A stretch of 64,000 bases of DNA, taken from Candidatus Entotheonellaceae bacterium. GTDB taxonomy: Bacteria > Tectomicrobia > Entotheonellia > Entotheonellales > Entotheonellaceae. The notes below the pieces were generated by a model. It had not been told where the DNA came from, ran no database searches, and saw only the letters and a program-made list of their open reading frames with translations. Shown here in pieces: positions 31,433 to 40,430 of this stretch. Position 1 is the stretch's first letter. Each line of letters starts with the position of its first letter. The translations under genes and the position numbers were made by a program. The stretch is from NCBI GenBank assembly GCA_965238075.1, contig OZ250173.1:352001-416000 (forward strand). The letters are read 5' to 3'.

Positions 31433-31645
31433 CACTCGCAGTTGCCCTGTGCTATATAAGGGAGGTCCGACCCAAGCTCCGAACCTGATCCGGGGTCCGG
31501 GGCAGGCTTTCCACCACCGGAAAAGCCCTGCACGCCGGCAGAAGCCGGAGTGACGGCGGGCAGGCGAACCTTCCGTTTTCCCTACGAGCCGCTCGCCTCT
31601 GTCGAGGCTCTGGCGTCCATCCACCAAACTACAGGAGGCACCTCC

Positions 31646-33487
31646 ATGTTGTTCCACATTCTTCTCGCCGGCTTGGTGGCGCTGCTGACGATGCCACTGT
31701 CGCCTGCTGCAGACGCCGCCGAGCGTATCCACCTTGGCCCCGGACCGGTCGATTGGCAAGGCGACCTGTCGCCCATCGCGTCGAGCGAGTGGGGCTACGA
31801 CCGCGCGGCGCACTTGCTGGAGCGCGCCGGTTTCGGCGGTACCCCGGAGGACATCGAACGGCTGGCCGCCATGACGCCGGAACAGGCGGTGCGGCACCTG
31901 GTACACTACGAATCGATCGACAACAGCCACCTGCAGCCGTTTGACGAATCTGGCGTGCACGACCCCGGTCTGGTGCCCTTCCCGCCCAGCCGCCCGGCCA
32001 CCACCCAGCTCGCCAAGGAGAACGGCGAGGCAATCGGTGTCAAGGTGAAGGCATCGGGCAATCGGCGCCTGCAGCCGGTGGTCAACAAGTTCTTCTACTG
32101 GCTGCGTGCCAGCATGCTGGAAACCCGGCGGGTGTCGTATTGGTGGGCCAATCGCATGCTTAACACCAATCGCCCGCTCGAGGAGAAGATGGCGCTGTTC
32201 TGGCACGGCCACTTCGCCACCAGCGAGGCCAAGGTGCGTGACTACCGCAAGATGCTGCTGCAGAACGAAACCTTCCGGCGTCACGCCACCGGCAACTTCC
32301 GCGATCTGGTGGTGGCCGTGGCGCAGGATCCGGCGATGCTTTACTTCCTCGACGCCGGGGTCAACGTCAAGGGCGCCCCCAATGAGAACTTCGCCCGCGA
32401 GATTATGGAACTCTTCACCATGGGTGTGGGCAATTACACCGAAAAGGACATCCGTGAGGCGGCGCGGGCTTTCACCGGCTGGAACTCCGATGACCTGACA
32501 TTCGTGGTCAACACGTCGCAGCACGACGACGGCACCAAGAGTTTCCTTGGCAATCAGGGCGGCTTTGACGGCGTGAAGGTCATCGACCTGATCATGGCAC
32601 AAGCAGTCACCGCCGAATTCATGACCGCCAAGCTCTATGGCTACCTGGTGCGGCAGGAGCTTTCCACGGCCCTGAACGGCAAACTGGCCGCGATCTTGCG
32701 TGACAACAACTACGACATGAAGCCGCTGCTGCAGACGGTCTTCCTGTCCAGGGACTTCTTCAGCCCCGCCAGCATGGGCACCCATATCAAGAGCCCGACG
32801 GAACTGGTGGTGTCCACCTACAAGAAACTCGGCGTCGATGAGGTACCGGGCATTCCCGATTTCAACCTGGTGGTCGCCGCACTGGGGCAGGATTTGTTTT
32901 GGCCGCCCACCGTCGCGGGCTGGGCGCATGGGCGCAGCTGGATCACGCCGGGACTGCTGCTGGAGCGAGGCAATTTCGCCCGCGCCGTGCTCTTTCCGGA
33001 CATCGACTTCATCCCCCGCGACCGCTATCAAGCCAGCTTGATGCTGCGCGAGGTGCACGCCCGCATCAAGCAGGGCTTGGACATTACCAGTGCCACGCTG
33101 CCGGGATACGGCAACGGCGGTATGATGATGGCCGAATCGAACATGATGGCCGACCGCGACGAGGATTTTAATACGCGCTTCGGCAGCTACCGGGGCTGGC
33201 AGATGGCGATCGAGCGGGTAAAACCCCTGCCGCGCCACACGGCACGGCTCAACCTGAGCGCCGTGGTCATGGAAGCAGAGCTGCGCAATACCGAGGAGGT
33301 CGTGGACTACTTCCTCGAGCGCTTGATGCGGACGCCGCTCGGCAAGACGGAACGGAACCTGCTGGTTACCTTTCTGGACAGCGAGCTGGGGACCTCGGAC
33401 ATCACGATGGCCGAGACGTACCTCGAAGCGCCTCTGCGCGCGCTCGTTCATCTCATCATGAGCCAACCCGAGTACCAGCTCGGCTGA
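31646..33487 (+). CDS. DUF1800 family exported protein
   Basis: AAHLLERAGFG, EKMALFWHGHFAT, PNENFAREIMELFTMG, PPTVAGW, PEYQL. Confidence 0.9.
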   Translation: MLFHILLAGLVALLTMPLSPAADAAERIHLGPGPVDWQGDLSPIASSEWGYDRAAHLLERAGFGGTPEDIERLAAMTPEQAVRHLVHYESIDNSHLQPFDESGVHDPGLVPFPPSRPATTQLAKENGEAIGVKVKASGNRRLQPVVNKFFYWLRASMLETRRVSYWWANRMLNTNRPLEEKMALFWHGHFATSEAKVRDYRKMLLQNETFRRHATGNFRDLVVAVAQDPAMLYFLDAGVNVKGAPNENFAREIMELFTMGVGNYTEKDIREAARAFTGWNSDDLTFVVNTSQHDDGTKSFLGNQGGFDGVKVIDLIMAQAVTAEFMTAKLYGYLVRQELSTALNGKLAAILRDNNYDMKPLLQTVFLSRDFFSPASMGTHIKSPTELVVSTYKKLGVDEVPGIPDFNLVVAALGQDLFWPPTVAGWAHGRSWITPGLLLERGNFARAVLFPDIDFIPRDRYQASLMLREVHARIKQGLDITSATLPGYGNGGMMMAESNMMADRDEDFNTRFGSYRGWQMAIERVKPLPRHTARLNLSAVVMEAELRNTEEVVDYFLERLMRTPLGKTERNLLVTFLDSELGTSDITMAETYLEAPLRALVHLIMSQPEYQLG

Positions 33488-33528
33488 CCGCTCGCTGGCT
33501 GCCACATTTTCAACAAGGAGACACGGTC

Positions 33529-34776
33529 ATGAGAAACACGTTTTCTGCACAACAGGACCTGACCCGACGCGATACGCTGAAGACCGGCTTACTGGGCATG
33601 GGCGCAGCGGGTGCCCTCGGGCTGCCGCCATTCTTCGGGCGGGCCGCCAATGCCATGGTGAAATACAGCGGGAACCACAATGACAACCGCATTCTGGTGG
33701 TCCTGGAACTGTCGGGCGGCAACGACGGGCTGAACACCCTCGTTCCCTACGGCGACGATGCGTACTACCGTCAGCGGCCGACCATCGGCATCAAGCCGGA
33801 GAAGGTACTCAAAGTCGACGACCACTTTGGTTTCAATCCGGGCCTGGTGGGATTCGAGCGGCTGTACAAGGATGGCAAGATGGCCGTGGTGCACGGCTGC
33901 GGCTACGACAATCCGTCGTTTTCGCACTTCACATCCATGGCGTATTGGCACACCGCGGCGCCGAACAGCGGTGCGGAATACGGCTGGCTGGGCCGCCTGG
34001 CGGACGCCGTCAAGCCGGGCGGCGCGTCGAACTACATTGTCAACATCGACGCCACCCAATCACTGGCCGTGCGCAGCCGCGACCACGTGCCCGTGGTCTT
34101 TGACGCGCCGGACAAATTCGCCCGCGAAGGGTTCCATTCGCAACAGCCGCTGTTCCAGCACGTCGCCGATTCCAACGGCGCAGCCAATCCGTCGCGGGAC
34201 TACTTGCTGAACATTGCCCAGAGCGCCCTCGACGCCTCGGCGCTGGTACGGCAGGCCTGGACCGATTACAGCTCGCCGGTTGACTACGGCATCGTGCCGC
34301 TCGATCTGCCCAAGATCGCTTCGCTGATCCACGCCGACATGCCGACGCGGCTGTACTACACCACGTTCCGCAACAACGCCTTCGACACCCACGTGCATCA
34401 AGGCAACCTGCACCAACGTCTGCTCACCTACGCCGCCGATGCCGTTGCAGGCTTCATGGCTGACATCGAGCGAATCGGCCGCGCCGACGACGTCGTCATG
34501 CTGCTCTTTTCCGAGTTCGGTCGCCGGGTGCCGGAAAACACCAGCCTCGGAACCGACCACGGCGCTGCCGGCCTCATGTTCATGATCGGCAAGCCCGTCA
34601 AGGGCGGCCATTACGGCCAGCTCCCCAGCCTTACGGAACTGGATCCCGGCGACAATCTCATCTACACCACCGACTTCCGCCGCGTCTACGCCACCGCTAT
34701 CGACGGCTGGCTCGGCTACGAAGACACCCACACCCTCCTGGACGGCGACTTCAAGCCGTTCGATATGTTCGCGTAG
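33529..34776 (+). CDS. DUF1501 family protein with a Tat signal
   Basis: TRRDTLK, LSGGNDGLN, FDTH, SEFGRR, GTDHG. Confidence 0.9.
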   Translation: MRNTFSAQQDLTRRDTLKTGLLGMGAAGALGLPPFFGRAANAMVKYSGNHNDNRILVVLELSGGNDGLNTLVPYGDDAYYRQRPTIGIKPEKVLKVDDHFGFNPGLVGFERLYKDGKMAVVHGCGYDNPSFSHFTSMAYWHTAAPNSGAEYGWLGRLADAVKPGGASNYIVNIDATQSLAVRSRDHVPVVFDAPDKFAREGFHSQQPLFQHVADSNGAANPSRDYLLNIAQSALDASALVRQAWTDYSSPVDYGIVPLDLPKIASLIHADMPTRLYYTTFRNNAFDTHVHQGNLHQRLLTYAADAVAGFMADIERIGRADDVVMLLFSEFGRRVPENTSLGTDHGAAGLMFMIGKPVKGGHYGQLPSLTELDPGDNLIYTTDFRRVYATAIDGWLGYEDTHTLLDGDFKPFDMFA

Positions 34777-35488
34777 CGGTCGACGCCACTGCCTCACAAG
34801 CCACCGCCCCGGCAGCCTCACGGTTGCCGGGGCGGTGGCATTGGTGAACTCTGTCAGAGTCTTCACAAAATCCGCGCTTAAATTCGCCACTCTCCTACCG
34901 ATCCCATGCGGCGAAACACCTGTTCTTCCCATCCTGCTTGCGACAGTCGAAGATGATCGGGCGACAATGGTCGCTCGAACAGGTCCAGCGAGCTTATTGG
35001 GCATCCTCGTGACGGCTTAGCGCGTCGAGCACTTCGATCCGGGCGTCCTCCCGCTCGAAGTCCAGCCATCCCCGGGCGTCCCGAACAGCAGTTCTGGGCT
35101 CGCCCGCTTCATGCGCCCGCCACGCCTCTGCCGCTCTGTCCGCCGTAAGCAGCCGGCGGGCAATTTCCACCGCAACCCTCGGAATCTTCCTCGTTTCCTC
35201 GTCATGACTGAGCGATGTAGGCATCGACATCGCTCTGAGCACCTGCGACATCCATCAATGCGAGACGGCCCGCCATGCTGTCAGCGGACTGCTCAGACCG
35301 CATGCGTGGTTTCAAGCGCTCCAGCGCCTTGCGCCAGAGGGCCGACGCAAGAACGCGGATCAACGAGTCGTACTGGCTATAGTCATTCGCGTCCGATGCC
35401 TAGAAGACATCGGCGGCGAGGGTCGTTGGGCCGGGCGTCGCCGTTTTCGCAATCTCCCCGAGGGCGTGGGCGGCTTCACCGAACCGGA

Positions 35489-36181
35489 CTATTGCCGCGC
35501 CAACGTCAGAGAGAGGTCGACGATGGCGAAATCGGCGGTGGCGAAACCGGGAACGGGGTTGCCGTCCATGGTCATCTGGATGTTGGGAAACGGTGCCTGG
35601 TGGAAGGCCAGGCAGACGCGCTCAATGCCAGACACAATGAGTTGGGCAAGAGGGGAATCGCCAGCGTGCATGTAATGGGCACCAGCGCTGGTGATCATCA
35701 CCCGATCGTCAGAGGTGGCGACGCGAACCTTGATCGTGCGATCGTCGGAAAGGCCCATGGCTTCAATGCGAACGGCTAGCTCGACGGTCTGCATCGGGTC
35801 GGATGAAGCCGGTTCGTAACCAGTCAAGCTCAGGGGCGAAATGGTCCACATCGAGAACTGATTCACCAGGAAGGCGCCTTGGCGAATATTGGCGTCCCGA
35901 GCTGGATTACCGGTGTTGAACGACGTGATATCCAGCACCAGGTAGCCGCTCATCGCACCAGTCGCCGGATCGAACTCCACCGGACCCGGCTGGATGTTGA
36001 TGGCGCCGCGCACCGGAACACCCATGCGGGCCGTGGGTTTCATCTTGAAGCCGGTGGCGCCCACCTCGCCGCTGACGACGCGCAGGGTTTCGGCATAGCC
36101 AGTAGCGGTAACGAACAAAGCCGCCACAATCATCACCAAGGCCGCTCCAACAACGCGGCTTCCCAGGGTATCCCTACTCAT
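35489..36181 (-). CDS. Exported YceI-like protein
   Basis: Signal peptide; SFNTGNPARDANIR motif. Confidence 0.6.
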   Translation of the reverse strand: MSRDTLGSRVVGAALVMIVAALFVTATGYAETLRVVSGEVGATGFKMKPTARMGVPVRGAINIQPGPVEFDPATGAMSGYLVLDITSFNTGNPARDANIRQGAFLVNQFSMWTISPLSLTGYEPASSDPMQTVELAVRIEAMGLSDDRTIKVRVATSDDRVMITSAGAHYMHAGDSPLAQLIVSGIERVCLAFHQAPFPNIQMTMDGNPVPGFATADFAIVDLSLTLARQ

Positions 36182-36205
36182 GCTTCGCTCCTCTGTGGTG
36201 TCCGT

Positions 36206-36670
36206 CTATTCAACGGTTATTGTCTCGATCATCACGTCTTCGCGCGGGCGGTCTCTGCCGTCCGTTTCCACTTGGCCGGCGGTGCGGACAACGTCCAGCC
36301 CCTCCACGACCTTGCCGAACACGGCGTGCCGCCCGTCCAGCCAGTTGGTGGCCGCAAGCGTGATGAAGAACTGCGAGCCGCCCGTGTTCGGTCCGGCGTT
36401 GGCCATGGACAGAATGCCCAGGCCGTCGTGCTTCAATTCGGGGTGGAATTCGTCGTCGATGGTGTAGCCCGGGCCGCCCATGCCCGTGCCCTGCGGACAA
36501 CCGCCCTGGATCATGAATCCGTTGATGATGCGGTGAAAAATGAGGCCGTCATAAAATCCCGACTCGACCAATTGGATGAAATTCCCAGTCGTCTTGGGTG
36601 CCTTGTCTTCGTTGAGTTCCACCCGAAATACGCCTTTGGACGTCGTAAATTGTGCGTGTCGGTTTGCCAT
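36206..36670 (-). CDS. Cyclophilin-type peptidyl-prolyl isomerase
   Basis: [33 protein letters not shown]. Confidence 0.95.
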   Translation of the reverse strand: MANRHAQFTTSKGVFRVELNEDKAPKTTGNFIQLVESGFYDGLIFHRIINGFMIQGGCPQGTGMGGPGYTIDDEFHPELKHDGLGILSMANAGPNTGGSQFFITLAATNWLDGRHAVFGKVVEGLDVVRTAGQVETDGRDRPREDVMIETITVE

Positions 36671-36869
36671 GGTCTCCTCGTGGGTACTCGCTGGTGAGCT
36701 GGGCGCGGAATTGAAAGAACGGATTATACGCCGAAGCACGGTGATGATCTACGTGCTCCGAACCAACTGCTGCAGGGAGACTGTGCTATGATGGAGCCGC
36801 TTTAGCAGGAGCGTTTCTGTTCTCATTTCCTTTGGCAGAATTGAGAAAAATTGAAAAAAGGAGAGCGGC

Positions 36870-37775
36870 ATGCGGGCTGAAGATATTCTGGCTCACCCAC
36901 CCAAGGTGCTGACGCAGGAACAAAGAGAATTCTATTTCCAAAACGGCTATCTGCTCGTCGAAAACTTCCTCTCCGAGGCATGGCTGGACCGCCTGTGGCA
37001 GGTCACGAACAACTTTATTGAACAAAGCCGCTCGCGCACCGATTCGGACAGCGTCTTCGATCTCGAACGCGGCCACAATGCCGACAATCCTCGCCTGCGC
37101 CGCCTGTCTTTCCCCACCGAGCAACACCCGCTTTATCGCGATTTCGCAGCCCACGGCCCCATCGTTGACGCGGCCGAAGACCTGGTTGGACCGGACGTTA
37201 AATTTCATCATTCCAAGCTCAACTTCAAATGGGCCGACGGCGGCGAGGAGATCAAGTGGCACCAGGACATCCAGTTCTGGCCGCACACCAACTACTCTCC
37301 GCTCACCATTGGCGTGTACATGCACGACGTGGACGACGAAATGGGTCCCATGGGCGTCATCCCGGGCAGCCACAACGGGGAGCTCTTCGACCTGTACGGC
37401 GACGACGGACAATGGACCGGCGCCATCAAGGACCGAGATCTGCCGCGCGTCGATCTGGACAAAGCCGTTTACCTGAAAGGCCCGCGCGGTTCGATCACCA
37501 TCCACAACAGCCGCACCATCCACGGCTCCATGCCGAACCTCTCGCACCGGTCGCGTCCCCTGCTCCTCCACACGTATGCCTCGGCGGACGCCCTGCACAT
37601 CACCAACCTCACCGACCGGTTCCAGTTTTCCAATGTCATCGTGCGCGGTCAGCCCGCCAGGTGGATTCATTTCGATCCGCGGCCGTGTCTGATACCACCG
37701 GACTGGTCGGAGGGCTACTCGTCGATTTTCGCACTGCAACAAGAAGAGGAAGCGGCCGGCCAGCCCAGCATGTAG
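36870..37775 (+). CDS. Phytanoyl-CoA dioxygenase (PhyH) family Fe/2OG enzyme
   Basis: WHQD, IPGSH, HGSMPN.S.R.R. Confidence 0.9.
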   Translation: MRAEDILAHPPKVLTQEQREFYFQNGYLLVENFLSEAWLDRLWQVTNNFIEQSRSRTDSDSVFDLERGHNADNPRLRRLSFPTEQHPLYRDFAAHGPIVDAAEDLVGPDVKFHHSKLNFKWADGGEEIKWHQDIQFWPHTNYSPLTIGVYMHDVDDEMGPMGVIPGSHNGELFDLYGDDGQWTGAIKDRDLPRVDLDKAVYLKGPRGSITIHNSRTIHGSMPNLSHRSRPLLLHTYASADALHITNLTDRFQFSNVIVRGQPARWIHFDPRPCLIPPDWSEGYSSIFALQQEEEAAGQPSM

Positions 37776-37828
37776 CCGGAACGCTCCGAACCGCAATCTG
37801 ACACGCCATCGGCGCAAGGGGAACGGGC

Positions 37829-38872
37829 ATGACGAAACGCATCGTATTCATGGGCGCGGGAGCCGTGGGTGGCTACGTCGGCGGGCACATGGCGCGCGCC
37901 GGGTTGGACGTCACCCTTATCGATCCCTGGCCGGACCATATCGAGGCCATCAAGCGCGATGGCCTTCATCTGAGCGGCACGCAGGGCGACCTTACTGTGC
38001 ATCCCAAGGCGCTGCATTTGCACGAGGTGCAGAGCCTGTTCAAGGAACCGGTGGATATCGCCTTCATCTGCACCAAGTCGTACGACACGGAATGGGCCAC
38101 GACGATGATCGCCCAATACCTGAAGCCGCACGGCGTGGTGGTGTCGCTGCAAAACAGCATCAATGAAGAGCGCATCGCCGGGCTCGTCGGCTGGGGCAAG
38201 GTGGTGGGCTGCATCGCCAGCACGATCGGCGTCGACGCCTTCAAGGCGGGGCATGTCATGCGCACCCTGCAGCCCGGCGGCGCCTCGTACACGGTGTTTC
38301 GTGTCGGCGAGCCGCACGGGCGGGTGACGCCGCGCGTGCAGGAATTGGCGGACATGCTCGGCAATGTGGACAGCGCCAAAGTCACCACCAACCTGTGGGG
38401 CGAACGGTGGTCCAAGCTGACCGTCAACGGTATGGGCAACGGCATTTCCGCGGCCACCGGCATGAACAGCCTGGCGATGACCGAACAGAAGGTGACCCGC
38501 CGCCTGTCGATCCGTCTGGCGGGGGAGGCCGTGCGCGTCGGCCAGGCGTTGGGCTATGAATTGGAAAGCATCCGCGGTATGCCGCCCGAAAAGTGGGTGG
38601 ACGCGGGTGCGGGCGATGCTGCCGCCCTGGAAGAAATCGAGGGCGTCATGCTGGCCGGCATGAAGCGCATGACCGAATCGGGGCGGCCATCCACCGGCCA
38701 GGACATCATCAAGGGCCGACGCACCGAGATCGCCTTCATCAACGGACTGGTAGCCGCCAAGGGCGAGGAAATCGGCGTCCCGGCGCCTGCACACGCGGCC
38801 CTGACGGAGGTGGTGAAGGGCGTCGAGCGCGGCGACATGGCACCCGATCCGGCCAACGTCGCGGCCATTTGA
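37829..38872 (+). CDS. Ketopantoate reductase family protein
   Basis: GAGAVG, TKSYD, LQN, WSKL..N, TEIAFING. Confidence 0.85.
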   Translation: MTKRIVFMGAGAVGGYVGGHMARAGLDVTLIDPWPDHIEAIKRDGLHLSGTQGDLTVHPKALHLHEVQSLFKEPVDIAFICTKSYDTEWATTMIAQYLKPHGVVVSLQNSINEERIAGLVGWGKVVGCIASTIGVDAFKAGHVMRTLQPGGASYTVFRVGEPHGRVTPRVQELADMLGNVDSAKVTTNLWGERWSKLTVNGMGNGISAATGMNSLAMTEQKVTRRLSIRLAGEAVRVGQALGYELESIRGMPPEKWVDAGAGDAAALEEIEGVMLAGMKRMTESGRPSTGQDIIKGRRTEIAFINGLVAAKGEEIGVPAPAHAALTEVVKGVERGDMAPDPANVAAI

Positions 38873-38944
38873 CCGCCTGCAGCGCAGCAGTTGCAGGTCG
38901 GATTACCGCAGCGTAATCCGACATTTCACTGAGGAGGTAACACC

Positions 38945-40357
38945 ATGTTGGACTATCTCATTCGCGGCGGCCAAGTGGTAACCCCCGGCGGCGTGGGGCA
39001 ATGGGACATCGGCATTCGCGGCGAGAAGATCGTCGCCATCGCGGAGGCCGGCAGCCTGACTGACGAGGTCGGACGGATCATCGACGCCAGCGGCAAAGTC
39101 GTCGTGCCCGGCGGCATCGAACCGCATGCCCACGTGGCGGCGCCGATCATGGGGCATCCCGACGCGGAAACCGCACCGCCCCCGGACGTCAGCCGCGCCG
39201 CAGTGTTTGGCGGCACCACCACCCTCGTCGATTTCGCCATCCAGTTTCCCGGCCGCGACATCTTCGCCGCCATCGAGGAACGGAACGGGCGCTGGCAGGG
39301 ACAGTCGTACAGCGACTTCACCTATCACTGCATGCTCCTCGACGCTATCCCTTCCGACATTATCCTGCAGATTCCCCAGGCTATTGAAGCCGGCTTCCCC
39401 ACCTTCAAGATTTTTACGACCAATATCCGCCCGAACGTCCACGACCGCATGGCCCGCCTCGGACACGTCGTGGCCGTCATGGAAGAGGTGGCGGCGCACA
39501 ACGGCCTGCTGGTGGTGCACGCCGAGGACGACGACATCGTCCAGTTTCTCTACACCCGCCTCAAAGACCAGGGCACCTACGACTGGACACACATGCACCG
39601 CGCCCACACCAACATGTCGGAGGATATCTCCTTCCGCCGCATCATCCGGGCGGCCGAGTGGACCGGCGCGGCGGTTTATTTCGTACACGTGAGCGCCAAG
39701 GAAGGCGTGCAGGCGATCCGCGAAGCGCGCGCCAAGGGGATGCCGGTTTACGGCGAAACCCTGCACAACTACGTGTCGTTCACCGCCAATGACTACCAGA
39801 AGACGCACGGCATGCAGTACCACACCTACCCGTCGCTTAAGTCCGAAGAGGACCGCCAGGCGCTGTGGCACGGCCTGCTGAACGGCGACCTGCACACCAT
39901 GGCCACGGACGAGTATTGCACCACCTTCGAACTGAAGATCGCCGGCGAGCAGATCGACAACGTGACCGGCGGCCATAACGGCGTCGAAACGCGGATGGGC
40001 ATTACCTACACGGAAGGCGTCGTCAAGCGTGACATGCCGTTGCAGCAATACGTCGATATCACCTCGGCAAACGCCGCCCGCCTGCTCGGCCTGTACCCGC
40101 GTAAAGGCGCTATCGCCCCCGGCAGCGACGCCGACATCGTGCTCATCGACCCGACGCTGCACAAAGCGCTGAGCATGGCAGACCTGCATATCAGCGACTA
40201 TAGCATTTGGGAAGGTTGGGAAATCCGCGGCTGGCCGGTATGGACTATGCTGCGCGGCCAGGTGATGGTCGAGGATGGCCAGCTACATGGCGACCTTGGA
40301 ACCGGCCAGTTGATCCCACGCCGCATCGACCCGACGGTGCTGACCCGGCCCATGTAG
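38945..40357 (+). CDS. Dihydropyrimidinase / hydantoinase-like amidohydrolase
   Basis: PGGIEPHAH, GGTTT, FKIF, HAED, VHVS, GSDADIV. Confidence 0.85.
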   Translation: MLDYLIRGGQVVTPGGVGQWDIGIRGEKIVAIAEAGSLTDEVGRIIDASGKVVVPGGIEPHAHVAAPIMGHPDAETAPPPDVSRAAVFGGTTTLVDFAIQFPGRDIFAAIEERNGRWQGQSYSDFTYHCMLLDAIPSDIILQIPQAIEAGFPTFKIFTTNIRPNVHDRMARLGHVVAVMEEVAAHNGLLVVHAEDDDIVQFLYTRLKDQGTYDWTHMHRAHTNMSEDISFRRIIRAAEWTGAAVYFVHVSAKEGVQAIREARAKGMPVYGETLHNYVSFTANDYQKTHGMQYHTYPSLKSEEDRQALWHGLLNGDLHTMATDEYCTTFELKIAGEQIDNVTGGHNGVETRMGITYTEGVVKRDMPLQQYVDITSANAARLLGLYPRKGAIAPGSDADIVLIDPTLHKALSMADLHISDYSIWEGWEIRGWPVWTMLRGQVMVEDGQLHGDLGTGQLIPRRIDPTVLTRPM

Positions 40358-40430
40358 GCTGGGTGAGCGCAGCCTAATCCGACCTCTGGCTTCTGTTTCA
40401 GTCACCCCGAAGCCAAACGGAATGATAGAA

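Noticed and set aside
30998-33505. 835-aa minus-strand ORF and many other long antisense ORFs
   Set aside because: They are shadows of well-supported genes on the opposite strand in GC-rich DNA and have no recognisable motifs.
34994-35251. 85-aa minus-strand ORF
   Set aside because: It looks like a gene fragment, and no family could be supported.
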